NCBI GenBank assembly: GCA_964529675.1
Contig: CAZGXT010000001.1
Span: 4,337-68,336 of the forward strand
Direction of reading: 5' to 3'
DNA from: an uncultured Caulobacterales bacterium
GTDB taxonomy: Bacteria > Pseudomonadota > Alphaproteobacteria > Caulobacterales > Parvularculaceae
Length of the DNA: 64,000 nt
The notes under the pieces were generated by a model, which saw only the letters and a program-made list of their open reading frames with translations, had not been told where the DNA came from and did not search any database. Below are positions 28,431 through 39,209 of the stretch, piece by piece. The translations under genes and the position numbers were made by a program. The stretch's first letter is position 1, and every line of letters begins with the position of its first letter.

Positions 28431-31169
28431 GTGACGCGCGAAGACGATGACAAGACGCCGCCCGGCGGCGGGGCCGGCGACGGACACACGCCGACCATCT
28501 CCATCGAAGAGGAGATGAGGCGATCCTATCTCGATTACGCGATGAGCGTCATCGTCAGCCGGGCGATCCCTGATGCGCGCGACGGCCTTAAGCCCGTTCA
28601 CCGCCGCATTCTTTGGTCGATGCACGAGAACGGCTATGAGTGGAACAAACCGTACCGGAAATCGGCGCGAGTCGTCGGCGACGTCATCGGTAAATACCAC
28701 CCGCATGGCGATCAGGCGGTCTATGACGCGCTGGCGCGCATGGCGCAGGAGTTTTCCATGCGCCTGCCGCTGCTCGACGGCCAGGGCAACTTCGGCTCCA
28801 TTGACGGCGATCCGCCGGCGGCGATGCGCTACACCGAAGTGCGCATGGACAAGCCGGCGCATGCGCTGCTCGCGGACATTGAAAAGGAAACGGTCGCTTT
28901 CCAGCCCAACTACGACGGGCAGGAGAGAGAGCCGATCGTTCTGCCCGCGCGATTCCCTAATCTTCTTGTCAACGGGGCAGGCGGCATCGCCGTCGGAATG
29001 GCGACGAACATTCCGCCGCACAATCTCAGTGAAATTGTCGACGCCGCCGTCGCGATGATCGGCAATCCCGAGATTTCGGACTCCGATCTCATCGACATCG
29101 TGCCGGGACCGGACTTCCCGACCGGGGGCGTCATCCTCGGCCGGGCGGGCTCCAAGGCGGCGCTCCTTCTCGGGCGCGGCTCGGTCATCATGCGGGGGCG
29201 CGCCTCAATCGAGGAAATCCGCAAGGACCGCACCGCGATCATCGTCACCGAAATTCCCTATCAGGTGAACAAGTCGGTGATGATCGAACGCATCGCCGAT
29301 CTCGTCCGGGAGAAGAAGCTCGAAGGCATCGCGGATATTCGCGATGAATCCAATCGAGAAGGCATTCGCGTCGTCGTTGAACTGAAGCGCGACGCGGCGC
29401 CGGACGTCGTACTCAACCAACTCTACCGGCACTCGCAGCTTCAGACCTCGTTCGGCGTCAACATGCTGGCGCTGAACGGCGGGCGGCCGCAGCAGATGAC
29501 GCTCCGCCAGGTGCTGTCATCCTTCATCGACTTCCGCGAGGAGGTAATCACCCGGCGAACGAAATTCGAGCTGAACAAAGCGCGCGATCGCGCGCATGTC
29601 CTCGTCGGCCTCGCGATCGCCGTCGCCAATATTGATGAAATCGTCGCCCTTATCCGCCGCGCGCCCGATCCGCAGACGGCGAAGGAGCAATTGATGGCGC
29701 GCGACTGGCCCGCGAAGGATCTCGCGCCGCTCGTGCTCCTTGTCGCCGATCCGCGCCATTTGATGACAGACGGCGGATCGCTTCGCCTCTCCGAGGAGCA
29801 GGCGAAGGCGATCCTTGACCTGCGTCTGCAAAGGCTGACGGGTCTCGGTCGCGATGAAATCGGGGACGAATTGAAGGGTCTTGCCGAGAAGATCTCCGAT
29901 TACCTGGACATCCTGCGAAACCGCGACCGTGTGCTGACGATTATCAAGGACGAGCTTGCGGCCGTCAAAGCCGAGTTCGGAACGCCGCGTCGCACAGAGA
30001 TCATCGAAGCTGAAGGCGAGGTCGAGGACGAAGACCTGATCGCGCGCGAGGATATGGTCGTCACGGTGACGCATGGCGGTTATGTCAAACGCACGCCCTT
30101 GTCGATCTACCGCGCGCAAAAGCGCGGCGGCAAGGGCCGCGCCGGGATGAAATTCAAGGATGAGGATTTCGTCTCGCAACTTTTCGTCGGGTCGACGCAC
30201 ACGCCGCTTCTTTTCTTCACTTCGATCGGCATGTGCTATCAGCTGAAGCTTTGGCGCCTGCCTGAAGGGCCGCCCACCGCGCGCGGCAAGGCTTTTGTGA
30301 ACCTGTTGCCGTTGCAGCAGGGCGAACGCGTCACGTCGATCCTGCCGCTTCCTGAGGACGAGGACGCCTGGGACAAGCTGCAGATCATGTTCGCCACCCG
30401 GTCGGGAACGGTGCGCCGGAACAAGCTTTCCGATTTTCAGCGCATTAATCGCGCCGGCAAGATCGCCATGAAGCTGGAAGACGAATGGCGCAGCGGCCAG
30501 GACGCGATCGTCGGCGTGTCGATCTGCCGCCCGGATGACAACGTCTTGCTGACGACGGCGAACGGGATGTGCATTCGGTTCCCTGTCGAGGATATTCGCG
30601 TCTTCGCGGGCCGCACCTCGACCGGCGTGCGCGGGATCAAGCTGGATGACGATGATGAAGTGATCTCGATGGCGATCCTGAACGGCGTCGAGGCGACGAC
30701 GGAGGAGGCGCGCGCCTATCTCAAGCACGCCGCCGCCATGCGCCGCGCCGCCGGGGAGGAAGCCGACGATGCGCCGGAGGACGAGGCGCCCGCGGCGGCG
30801 CTGTCGCCGCAGCGCATCGCTCAACTCGGGGCCGCCGAACAGTTCATCCTGACGGTGACGCAGAAAGGGTACGGCAAGCGGTCGTCTTCATTTGAATACA
30901 GAACATCGGGCCGGGGCGGAAAAGGCATCATCGCCATCGTCGTCAACGACCGAAACGGGCGCGTTTGCGCTTCGTTCCCTCTGGAAGACAGCGATCAGAT
31001 CATGTTGGTGACGAACGGCGGACAGCTGATCCGCACGCCCGTCAAGGGCATTCGCGTCGCGGGGCGCAACACCCAAGGGGTTACGATCTTCCGCACCGCG
31101 GAGGGCGAAAAGGTCGTGTCGGTCGAGCGCGTCGGCGATGTCGGCGATGACGACGCGGCGGATGAGTGA
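28431..31169 (+). CDS. gyrA: DNA gyrase subunit A
   Basis: [37 protein letters not shown], GyrA-box QKRGGKG; GTG 28431 after AGGA (ORF open from 28389). Confidence 0.97.
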   Translation: MTREDDDKTPPGGGAGDGHTPTISIEEEMRRSYLDYAMSVIVSRAIPDARDGLKPVHRRILWSMHENGYEWNKPYRKSARVVGDVIGKYHPHGDQAVYDALARMAQEFSMRLPLLDGQGNFGSIDGDPPAAMRYTEVRMDKPAHALLADIEKETVAFQPNYDGQEREPIVLPARFPNLLVNGAGGIAVGMATNIPPHNLSEIVDAAVAMIGNPEISDSDLIDIVPGPDFPTGGVILGRAGSKAALLLGRGSVIMRGRASIEEIRKDRTAIIVTEIPYQVNKSVMIERIADLVREKKLEGIADIRDESNREGIRVVVELKRDAAPDVVLNQLYRHSQLQTSFGVNMLALNGGRPQQMTLRQVLSSFIDFREEVITRRTKFELNKARDRAHVLVGLAIAVANIDEIVALIRRAPDPQTAKEQLMARDWPAKDLAPLVLLVADPRHLMTDGGSLRLSEEQAKAILDLRLQRLTGLGRDEIGDELKGLAEKISDYLDILRNRDRVLTIIKDELAAVKAEFGTPRRTEIIEAEGEVEDEDLIAREDMVVTVTHGGYVKRTPLSIYRAQKRGGKGRAGMKFKDEDFVSQLFVGSTHTPLLFFTSIGMCYQLKLWRLPEGPPTARGKAFVNLLPLQQGERVTSILPLPEDEDAWDKLQIMFATRSGTVRRNKLSDFQRINRAGKIAMKLEDEWRSGQDAIVGVSICRPDDNVLLTTANGMCIRFPVEDIRVFAGRTSTGVRGIKLDDDDEVISMAILNGVEATTEEARAYLKHAAAMRRAAGEEADDAPEDEAPAAALSPQRIAQLGAAEQFILTVTQKGYGKRSSSFEYRTSGRGGKGIIAIVVNDRNGRVCASFPLEDSDQIMLVTNGGQLIRTPVKGIRVAGRNTQGVTIFRTAEGEKVVSVERVGDVGDDDAADE

Positions 31170-31213
31170 CGGCGACCGCCCTGATGGACAGGGGATAGCG
31201 AGGTCTTACGCGA

Positions 31214-31717
31214 ATGGCTCGGCGCATCGGACTTTACCCCGGCACGTTTGATCCGATCACGCTCGGACATGTCGACATCATCGAACGGGCCGTGAAAATG
31301 GTCGACGAGCTGGTCGTCGGCGTCGCGATCAATCGTGACAAGGGGCCCTTATTCTCGCTGGATGAGCGGGTGAAAATGGTCTCGGCGGAAATGGCGAAGA
31401 TTTCTAAGAAATCCGGCGTCCCGATTCGCGTTACGCCATTTGAGTCCTTGCTGATGAATTTCGCCGAGGAAGTGAAGGCGAACTTCATTATCCGCGGATT
31501 GCGCGCGGTCTCCGACTTTGAATACGAGTTTCAGATGGTCGGCATGAACCAGCGGCTCAACGACGACATCGAAACGGTTTTCCTGATGGCGGACGTGCGC
31601 TACCAGTTCATCGCCTCGCGCCTTGTGAAGGAGATCGCTCGCCTTGGCGGGGATATCGCCAGTTTCGTTCCAGCGGACGTCGCGCGGGCGCTCAAGGCGA
31701 AATTCGCCAAGGCGTAG
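31214..31717 (+). CDS. coaD: Phosphopantetheine adenylyltransferase
   Basis: YPGTFDPITLGH, IRGLRAVSDFEYE. Confidence 0.97.
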   Translation: MARRIGLYPGTFDPITLGHVDIIERAVKMVDELVVGVAINRDKGPLFSLDERVKMVSAEMAKISKKSGVPIRVTPFESLLMNFAEEVKANFIIRGLRAVSDFEYEFQMVGMNQRLNDDIETVFLMADVRYQFIASRLVKEIARLGGDIASFVPADVARALKAKFAKA

Positions 31718-31826
31718 CCAGTCCGCCTGCAGGGCGGTAGACAGGGCGGTCACAAGCATTATGACGAAATTTCGCTGCAATCAGGCGCCATCGCCGCGCC
31801 GGCGGTCGGCAGAAGGAGCAGGTCCC

Positions 31827-32717
31827 TTGCATTGGAAGTTATTCTGTTGCGTCGCTATTCTAGGGGGCGGGTCCTTGCCGGCGTCGGCCGCCAAGGACCC
31901 CCCGCCGAATCCGGCGCAGAAGATTTTTAGCGCCGGGGATGCGGAATGGCGCGCCGTCGATCTGGAGAACATGATCGTCGTCGATCTGCCTGCAGGGCCG
32001 CTTTATGTCGAGCTCCGGCCTGACCTGGCGCCGAAGCATGTCGAGCAGATCAAGACGCTCGTCCGGCGGGGTTTTTACGACGGATTGACGTTCCACCGGG
32101 TGATCGAGGGGTTTGTCGCGCAGGGCGGCGATCCGAAAGGCGACGGCACCGGCGGCTCCGACCTGCCGGACATTGCGGCGGAGTTTTCCCGCGATGTGAA
32201 GGAAGTCGACAATTTCACCGTAATCGGCCGCGATCGACAGGCGGCGCGCGTTGGTCTCGTCGACGGCGTGCCGGCGGGGGCGGAGCCGGAATCGCTGAGG
32301 GCTGTCCGTGGGGATCGCGCCGTGCGTTTGTGGGGCGCTCACTGCCCGGGCGTGATGTCGATGGCGCGCGCAACGGCGCCCGACAGCGCGAACAGCCAGA
32401 TCTTTCTCGTCATCGGCGACGCCCGCCAGAGCCTCGACCAGCGCTATACCGTGTGGGGCTGGATCGTCGACGGCATCGAAAACGCGCGTCGGATCGAGCG
32501 AGGCGAACCGCCGAAGCGGCCGACGCCGATCGTCCGCATGCGGATTGCGGCCGATGTTCCAAGCGAGGAGCTGCCGAAAATCGAGGTCATGCGGTCTGAC
32601 AGCGCGGTTTTTCAGACCTATCTGAAAGAAGCAAACCTCGTCGACGAAACGGGCTTCGTTAAGGACCTTTGCGACATCAGGCCGCCGCACCGCGTGAATG
32701 GGAAAGTCGAACTATGA
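31827..32717 (+). CDS. Exported cyclophilin-type peptidyl-prolyl isomerase
   Basis: FYDGLTFHRVIEGFVAQGGDP, MAR..PDSANSQIF; TTG 31827 lies 8 nt after AAGGAG and yields a signal peptide. Confidence 0.85.
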   Translation: MHWKLFCCVAILGGGSLPASAAKDPPPNPAQKIFSAGDAEWRAVDLENMIVVDLPAGPLYVELRPDLAPKHVEQIKTLVRRGFYDGLTFHRVIEGFVAQGGDPKGDGTGGSDLPDIAAEFSRDVKEVDNFTVIGRDRQAARVGLVDGVPAGAEPESLRAVRGDRAVRLWGAHCPGVMSMARATAPDSANSQIFLVIGDARQSLDQRYTVWGWIVDGIENARRIERGEPPKRPTPIVRMRIAADVPSEELPKIEVMRSDSAVFQTYLKEANLVDETGFVKDLCDIRPPHRVNGKVEL

Positions 32718-33160
32718 CAAACCGGATGATTCTGACGCTCGATACCGGCCCCGTGGTGATCGAGACCTTTCCTGACAAGGCGCCCGCGCATGTGGCTCGC
32801 ATCAAGGAGCTTGCGGAGTCGGGTTTCTACGACGGGCTGAAGCTGCACCGCGTGATTGAAGGCTTCATGGCGCAAATGGGCTGCCCCAAAGGCAACGGCA
32901 CCGGCGGGTCTGGCAAGAAGCTCAAGGCGGAGTTCAACGACGTGTCCCACCAGCGCGGCGTCTGTTCCATGGCGCGCTCGAACGACCCGAACTCCGGCGA
33001 CAGCCAGTTCTTCATCTGCTTCGACGACGCCTCCTTCCTCGACGCTAAATACACGGTTTGGGGTTCGGTTGTTGAAGGAATGGAGAATGTCGACAAGGCG
33101 CAGCGCGGCGAGCCGCCGCGCAATCCCACGAAGATCGTGAGTTTTCGCAGCGCCGCCTGA
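32714..33160 (+). CDS. Cytoplasmic cyclophilin-type peptidyl-prolyl isomerase
   Basis: FYDGLKLHRVIEGFMAQ, SMARSNDPNSGDSQFFI, YTVWG; ATGA overlap. Confidence 0.92.
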   Translation: MTNRMILTLDTGPVVIETFPDKAPAHVARIKELAESGFYDGLKLHRVIEGFMAQMGCPKGNGTGGSGKKLKAEFNDVSHQRGVCSMARSNDPNSGDSQFFICFDDASFLDAKYTVWGSVVEGMENVDKAQRGEPPRNPTKIVSFRSAA

Positions 33161-33187
33161 CGCGGCGCGATTGCCGGGCGGGGCGGA

Positions 33188-33913
33188 ATGAACCAAAGCG
33201 TTTTGACGCGTGCATTCCAGGGCGCCGTTCAGGGCCCGCGCCTGATTCTCTCGGCTATCGGTTGGAGCCTTCTCGCTGTCGCGTTTTTTCTCGCCCTGCG
33301 CGCCGATGAAGCAAGGCGCGAGTGGACCCGCGTTGATGGAACGATTGTCGACTTCACCGGCGGCGAAACTGAGGCGCCGATTGTCGACTATGAAACGCCG
33401 AGCGGCGAGCGGCGTACGATCACCGGCGGCGTTTCAACCAGTCCGCGGATCGGAGAAATCGGCGACCGTGTTCCTGTCTACATCAATCCCGCGAACGAGG
33501 CTGAGGCGCGCCTCGGAACCGCCGTGGAGATGTGGTTCTTGCCAGGCCTAATCGGCGCGATCGGCGGCGTGTTCATGCTCGTCGGATCCCTCGCTGGCGG
33601 GACTGGCCGCTTGCCAGGTCAGTTGAGCGAGCGCCGCCTTCGCGACCTTCGTGAGACGGGCGAGCGCGTTATGGCCCGCGTCACCGCGATCCTTCCGCAA
33701 GGCGCGAATGCGGCGTCGCGCATTCCGGCGCATTGGCGGATCGAGGCCGCATGGCGTGACGGCGCCGGCGCGCTGCGGACGTTCATCAGTCAACCGGTCG
33801 CCGTTGATCCGTCGCCGCATGTGGCTATCGGCGACGAGATCGGGGTCTACATCGATCGCCGGAATCCGCGGGTTTACGCCTTCGATTTCTCGATGCTGCC
33901 TTTCGGTCGCTGA
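33188..33913 (+). CDS. Membrane protein, DUF3592-like
   Basis: TM helix, beta-rich G.IVD...PIVDY...GDRVPVY.NP segment, second TM helix, then a repeat of the beta segment (GDEIGVYIDRRNP). Confidence 0.6.
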   Translation: MNQSVLTRAFQGAVQGPRLILSAIGWSLLAVAFFLALRADEARREWTRVDGTIVDFTGGETEAPIVDYETPSGERRTITGGVSTSPRIGEIGDRVPVYINPANEAEARLGTAVEMWFLPGLIGAIGGVFMLVGSLAGGTGRLPGQLSERRLRDLRETGERVMARVTAILPQGANAASRIPAHWRIEAAWRDGAGALRTFISQPVAVDPSPHVAIGDEIGVYIDRRNPRVYAFDFSMLPFGR

Positions 33914-34033
33914 CCGGCTGGGATGCTTCCGCATTCGAGGCGAACTTTCGATTGCGGAAGTCCGGTGATCGCGGGTTGACGATGCATCACTTAGCGATCA
34001 CGGTCGCGCAACTGAAGGGGCCGGGTTCAACCG

Positions 34034-34411
34034 ATGCCGAACTGCCGCGAGATAACGCCGTTTCTGCATGTGCCGGACCTCAAGAGGGCGCTTGAGTGGT
34101 TCGACATCATCGGCTTCAAGCCGCGCACGCTCATGGTGAGCTATGCCTATGTCGAACGCGAGGGCGTCGGCGTGCGACTGGTCGAATCGACGAAAGAGGA
34201 CGGAAAGCCGTTTGAGCCGCATCGGGGCTTCGCCTGTTACGTCGATTGCAACGATGTCGACGCCATTGTGCGCGAGTGCTTGCCGCGTTTGAAGGCAGCG
34301 GGGGTCAAGACGCTCGGACCGATTGATCAGGCCTACAACCAGCGGGAGTTCATCATCGAGGCGCCGGACGGAAACATGTTCGTTTTCGGCCAGGCGATCG
34401 CCCGGCGGTAA
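34034..34411 (+). CDS. VOC/glyoxalase (bleomycin-resistance-like) protein
   Basis: ITPFLHVPDL, DQAYNQREFIIEAPDGNMFVFG. Confidence 0.85.
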   Translation: MPNCREITPFLHVPDLKRALEWFDIIGFKPRTLMVSYAYVEREGVGVRLVESTKEDGKPFEPHRGFACYVDCNDVDAIVRECLPRLKAAGVKTLGPIDQAYNQREFIIEAPDGNMFVFGQAIARR

Positions 34412-34483
34412 CAGCTGGGCGAGGCTTTCCCTCGCCTGCGAAAGTCGTCTAATTCTCTGCGGCTGTCTTTTGGGTCGCCTCCT

Positions 34484-36481
34484 GTGAGTTTTGCTTTTCT
34501 CGCAATCGCCGCGCTCCAGGCCGGGGCCGACGAAATCGTCGTCACCGGTCAACGCCGGGCGCAGTCCGCCGCTGAGACGCCGCTCAGCATTTCAACGCTG
34601 CAGGGTGAAGACCTCGTCCGGATCGCCGCCGACCATCCGGCGGAGGCGCTCAACAGGGCGGCCGGCGTCCTCATCCATCGCGGCAACGGGCAGGAGCATC
34701 TGACGGCGATCCGCTCGCCCGTTCTGACCGGCGGAGCGGGAGCAGGATCCTTTCTGTTTCTGGAAGACGGCGTGCCGCTGCGATCGGCCGGCTTTGCGAA
34801 CGTCAACGAGCTCCTGGAAGCGCACTCGGAAATCGCAGGCCGGATCGAGGTCGTGCGCGGTCCATCCGGCGCCGTCTATGGCGCAAACGCCATTCACGGC
34901 GTCATCAATGTGATCACGCGCGAGGCAAGCGAGGACTTCGGTTACTTCCTCGACACCGGCGCCGATACGATCGGGCGCGTGAAAGGACGCGCGTTCGTTT
35001 CGGATGCGGTTGGGCCTCACGGACTATTCATCGGACTGTCGGTGCTCGACGATCCCGGCTTTCGCGAAGAGAGCGGCGCTGATCAACAGAAACTGACGCT
35101 TCGGCATGACTGGCGGGGCGGGGATGTCAGCGTTTCGACCATCGGCGCCTTTTACAATCTCAATCAGGAGACGGCGGGGTTTGTTGAAGGGCCGGAAGCC
35201 TATCTTGACGAAGTCCTTCGCCGGCAAAACGCCAATCCGAACGCGTTCCGCGACGCCAAGGGCGTGCGGCTTCTCAGCCGCATCGACGCCGAGCTGACTG
35301 AGAACCTCGTACTTTCGGTGACGCCGTTCGCGCGCGCCAACGACATGACGTTCCGCCTGCACTTCTTTCCGAGCCAGGCGCTCGAGTCGAACGCACATTG
35401 GAGTTTCGGCGCGCAGAACGCGCTTTATTGGGACGCCGGCTCGCGACTGTCGTTGATCGCCGGGCTCGATCTGGAATACACGCGCGGCGACCTGTCGGAG
35501 GTCCAGGAAATCCCAACGATCGGCACATTCACACAAGGCGTTCATTACGACTACGAGGTTGAAGCCTTATCGGCCTCGCCCTTCGCGAGCATAACGGCGG
35601 AGATCGCGCCGCGGCTTTCAGCGACGGCGGCGGCGCGCCTCGACTACACCCGCTATGATTATGACAACCTGACCGCCGACGGCGTCGTCGGTCGTTTTCT
35701 GCGGCCTGCTGACCGTACTGATGAATTTACGACAGTGAGCCCCAAATTCTCCTTGAGCTACGGCGCCGGCGAGGCACTCATCTACGCCAGTTACGCGCGC
35801 GGCGCGCGACCGCCGCAAACGACCGATCTTTATCGCCTGCAGAACAACCAAACGACCGACCCCGCACGACCCGAAACAATCGACGCCTTCGAACTCGGCG
35901 TCAAAGGCGCGCGCGGCGTGTTCCGTTACGAAGCCGCCGGTTACTTCATGTGGAAGCGGAATTTCTTCTTTCGCGATGCGGACGGGTTTAACGTCAATGA
36001 CGGGCGCACGCGCCATGTCGGCGGCGAAGCGGAAATCAGGGCCGATCTGCCGCTCGGATTTTCAGTTGACGCGCAAGCGAGCCATGGACGCCACACCTAC
36101 CGCTTCGACCGTCCGGTCCTCAGCCTTCCGCAGGCGAGCGAAGCGATCTCGTTCGGAGATGACGTCGACACCGCGCCGCGCTGGATCGCCGGCGTGCGAG
36201 CCCGGTGGAATTCAGGCGACGACAGGATCGAGGCTGAGCTCGAATGGCTGCACCTTGGGCGCTATTTCCTTGATGCGGCCAATTCAGCGATATACCCGGG
36301 CCATGATCTCGTTCATCTGCGGGCGCAATGGTCAGTGACGGAGCGCCTCGCGCTGACCTTTGCTTTGCGCAATGTTCTAGACGCGCTTTACGCCGAACGT
36401 GGAGATCTCGCCTTCGGCAACGAGCGCTATTTCCCAGGGGAAGAACGCACGGCGGCGTTCGGGATCAGGATAGAGGGATGA
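34484..36481 (+). CDS. TonB-dependent receptor
   Basis: EIVVTGQRR TonB box, IEVVRGPSGAVYGANAIHGVINVIT plug motif, amphipathic beta strands; start uncertain. Confidence 0.92.
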   Translation: MSFAFLAIAALQAGADEIVVTGQRRAQSAAETPLSISTLQGEDLVRIAADHPAEALNRAAGVLIHRGNGQEHLTAIRSPVLTGGAGAGSFLFLEDGVPLRSAGFANVNELLEAHSEIAGRIEVVRGPSGAVYGANAIHGVINVITREASEDFGYFLDTGADTIGRVKGRAFVSDAVGPHGLFIGLSVLDDPGFREESGADQQKLTLRHDWRGGDVSVSTIGAFYNLNQETAGFVEGPEAYLDEVLRRQNANPNAFRDAKGVRLLSRIDAELTENLVLSVTPFARANDMTFRLHFFPSQALESNAHWSFGAQNALYWDAGSRLSLIAGLDLEYTRGDLSEVQEIPTIGTFTQGVHYDYEVEALSASPFASITAEIAPRLSATAAARLDYTRYDYDNLTADGVVGRFLRPADRTDEFTTVSPKFSLSYGAGEALIYASYARGARPPQTTDLYRLQNNQTTDPARPETIDAFELGVKGARGVFRYEAAGYFMWKRNFFFRDADGFNVNDGRTRHVGGEAEIRADLPLGFSVDAQASHGRHTYRFDRPVLSLPQASEAISFGDDVDTAPRWIAGVRARWNSGDDRIEAELEWLHLGRYFLDAANSAIYPGHDLVHLRAQWSVTERLALTFALRNVLDALYAERGDLAFGNERYFPGEERTAAFGIRIEG

Positions 36482-37098
36482 CCGAGAGGATTTCGCCCCC
36501 GGAATTCGGCGCCGCAATGGCGCCGGCGCATCCTTCGGGTGAGGCGCGGCGCCTGCTCGCTTTGCGACGTTCGCTGTCGCCGGAGCTGATGCAAGCGCCC
36601 GGACCTGACGCCGCGACGCTGGACGCGATTCTCGAAATCGCCGCGCGCGTTCCCGATCACCGGAAAATGGTTCCATTTCGATTTCTCGTCCTGGAGGGCG
36701 ATGCGCGTCTTCGGGCCGGGGAAATTCTCGCGAAGCGCTTCAGCGCCGACAATCCTTCGGCGACAGACGCACAGGTCGATTTCGAAAGGCGGCGATTCCT
36801 GCGCGCCCCCGTAGTCATCGCCGTAATCGCGCGCATTGATCCCAGCCACAAGACGCCAGCGTGGGAGCAGCAGCTGACGAATGGCGCGGCTTGTTTCAGC
36901 CTCCTGTGCGCCGCATCCGCCTATGGCTTCGCCGGGTGCTGGCTGACGGAATGGTATAGCTATGACAGCGGCGTCGCTGACGCCCTCGGCCTTGCGCCGG
37001 GGGAACGCTTTGCAGGCTTCGTCTATGTCGGTTCTGCGCGGGAAAACCCGCGCGAGCGTCAACGGCCGGTGATGACGGACATCGTGCGCCGGTTCTAA
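36478..37098 (+). CDS. Nitroreductase family protein (YdjA-like)
   Basis: RRS, AARVPDHRKMVPFRF, RAPVVIAV, PAWEQ, WLTEW; ATGA overlap with receptor stop. Confidence 0.9.
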   Translation: MTERISPPEFGAAMAPAHPSGEARRLLALRRSLSPELMQAPGPDAATLDAILEIAARVPDHRKMVPFRFLVLEGDARLRAGEILAKRFSADNPSATDAQVDFERRRFLRAPVVIAVIARIDPSHKTPAWEQQLTNGAACFSLLCAASAYGFAGCWLTEWYSYDSGVADALGLAPGERFAGFVYVGSARENPRERQRPVMTDIVRRF

Positions 37099-37197
37099 GG
37101 CGGTCCTGACGGAAAAGTGACTTACTGTTCACAGACGGGACCGGGTCGGGTTAGGTAAGGAAGCCGGGTCAAGAGGTCCGCTACAAAAGGGGTCGCC

Positions 37198-37905
37198 ATG
37201 CGCTGGAAATTGATAACCGCCGCTATAACTTCGATCGCACTCGCCGGGTGCGGAAACCAGGCCGAAAAAGCCGCGACTTCCGAACCCGCGGCGACTGCAG
37301 AACCAGCTCCCGTGGCGGCGGCGCCGGCCGAACCGGCCCCGGTTGAAGCCCCGTTCGACGTGTCGGCGACCATCCCCGGCGTTTACAAGTCCGATCCGGG
37401 GCACGCCTACATTACGTTCAGCTACAACCACCAGGGTTATTCGCGGCCATGGCTGCGCTGGCGGTCGTGGACGGGCGATCTCAACTGGAACCCAGCTGAT
37501 CCCAGCCAGTCCTCAATCGCTGTCATCATCGACGCCGCTTCGATCGACTCCGGCGTCGACAAGTTCGACGAGCACCTGAGAAGCCCGGACTTCTTCGACG
37601 TCGCCAATCATCCGCAGATTACGTTCAACAGCACGGGCGTTTCGATCGACGGGCCCGCGACCGCCAAGATCGCCGGGGACCTCACGGTTAAGGGGGTCAC
37701 GAAACCGGTGACGCTCGACGTGAAGATCAACCGCGCCGCGGACGACGACTTCGCCAAGGGCTACAAGCTCGGCTTCTCCGGGAAAACAACCGTCAAGCGG
37801 TCTGATTTCGGCGTCGACAAATATACACCCATCGTCGGCGACGATGTCGAGATCATCATTGAGGCCGAGCTCGTGATGCCGAAAGAACCGGCCCCGGCGC
37901 AATGA
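37198..37905 (+). CDS. YceI family lipoprotein
   Basis: Lipobox LAGC; DPGH..I.F.Y.H.G, DEHLRSPDFFD, GDLTVKGVTKPV, RSDFG. Confidence 0.9.
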   Translation: MRWKLITAAITSIALAGCGNQAEKAATSEPAATAEPAPVAAAPAEPAPVEAPFDVSATIPGVYKSDPGHAYITFSYNHQGYSRPWLRWRSWTGDLNWNPADPSQSSIAVIIDAASIDSGVDKFDEHLRSPDFFDVANHPQITFNSTGVSIDGPATAKIAGDLTVKGVTKPVTLDVKINRAADDDFAKGYKLGFSGKTTVKRSDFGVDKYTPIVGDDVEIIIEAELVMPKEPAPAQ

Positions 37906-38498
37906 CGGCTGCCGCGATTCCAATGGACCGCGCGCGCTATACCTCGGTGGCGATCGGCCTTCATTGGCTGATCGCAGCGCTGGCGATCGGCCAGATCGCC
38001 GGCGGCCTCTATATCGAGGGATTGCCGGAGAGCGCAGACGCAGAGCGGTTCCAGCTCATTCAACTTCACAAGTCGTTCGGGATCACCATTCTGCTGCTGA
38101 CGCTTGCGCGTCTCGGCTGGCGTCTTACGCATCCGGTTCCGGCGCTGCCTTCCGCGATGCCCCAATGGCAAAAGACCTTCGCGCGCGTGCTACATTGGGG
38201 ATTTTACGCGTTGCTCATCGGCTTGCCGCTTGGCGGATGGGCGTTGGTGTCCGCCTCGCCGCTCGCTGACACTGTGAAAACCTATCTCTTCGGCGTCATT
38301 CCCTGGCCGCATCTGCCCTTCTTCGAAGGAGTGGAGGACAGGCGCGCGCTGTCAGGGACCTTCGGGGATCTGCACGAATTCGGCGCCAAGGTGATGATCG
38401 GGATGATCGTTCTCCATGTCGGCGCGGCGATGAAGCACTGGCTGATGGACGGCGACGGCGTCCTTGAATCGATGCTCCCCTTCATGCCGAAGAAGTAG
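37902..38498 (+). CDS. Cytochrome b561 (YceJ-like)
   Basis: LHWLIA, LHKSFG, LHE and LHVGAAMKH heme-ligand histidines; four TM helices. Confidence 0.9.
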   Translation: MTAAAIPMDRARYTSVAIGLHWLIAALAIGQIAGGLYIEGLPESADAERFQLIQLHKSFGITILLLTLARLGWRLTHPVPALPSAMPQWQKTFARVLHWGFYALLIGLPLGGWALVSASPLADTVKTYLFGVIPWPHLPFFEGVEDRRALSGTFGDLHEFGAKVMIGMIVLHVGAAMKHWLMDGDGVLESMLPFMPKK

Positions 38499-38500
38499 CG

Positions 38501-39094
38501 ATGCGCCTTACAGTTCCGTTGATCGCTCTCTTTGCAACGCTCGCCTCTTGCGGCGAGGCGCCGACGCCGTCTGCAGACCTGACTGCGCCGGCGAAAGAGG
38601 GTGCGTGGCGCATCGACAAAGCGGCCAGCCGCATCACGTTCACGGGAACGCAGAACGGCAAGGAGTTCACCGGCGCCTTTGAGCGCTTCGACGCGACAAT
38701 CCAGCTCGATCCCGACAACCTCAGCGCCGCGAGCATTGAGGCGATCATCGACACCGCGTCCGCCAAGAGCGGCGACCGCCAGCGCGACGCCGCGCTGCCG
38801 GGCGCCGACTGGTTCGCGTCGAAAGCCTTTCCGTCCGCGCGCTTTCAGTCCGACTTGATCGTTGCGACAAGGCCGGACGCCTACGAAGCGACGGGCGCGC
38901 TTTCCATTCGGGGGACCGAGCGGCCGCTTACGCTGCCCTTCACGCTTGTCATCAAGGACGGACGCGCCGTTGCGGACGCCGAGGTCGTGCTCAACCGGAC
39001 GGATTTCGGCGTGGGTCAGGGGGACGATTTCGTGACCGACAAGTGGGTCGGCTACAAGGTCGGGGTGGCGATACACCTGGAGGCGGTCCGGTAA
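38501..39094 (+). CDS. YceI family protein, exported
   Basis: LASC lipobox-like signal; SRITF, RDAAL..DWF..FP.ARF, G.LSIRG, RTDFGVG. Confidence 0.9.
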   Translation: MRLTVPLIALFATLASCGEAPTPSADLTAPAKEGAWRIDKAASRITFTGTQNGKEFTGAFERFDATIQLDPDNLSAASIEAIIDTASAKSGDRQRDAALPGADWFASKAFPSARFQSDLIVATRPDAYEATGALSIRGTERPLTLPFTLVIKDGRAVADAEVVLNRTDFGVGQGDDFVTDKWVGYKVGVAIHLEAVR

Positions 39095-39209
39095 GGCGCC
39101 GCCGGTCTGCGGCCGGGGGTTTTGATCCGGCCGTCCCTGACGCTAAATTGCCGCAATGGTCGACGACCAGTCGCGGTCGGTCCAGGTCGCCATCGCTAGG
39201 GTTTGCTTC

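Noticed and set aside
33965-34001. GTGATCGC...GCGATCAC inverted repeat upstream of the VOC gene
   Set aside because: 8-bp arms with a 21-nt spacer can occur by chance; no regulator nearby to support it.
34412-34483. Cobalamin or other riboswitch upstream of the TonB receptors
   Set aside because: The intergenic spaces (about 70 and 50 nt) are too short and lack recognisable riboswitch motifs.
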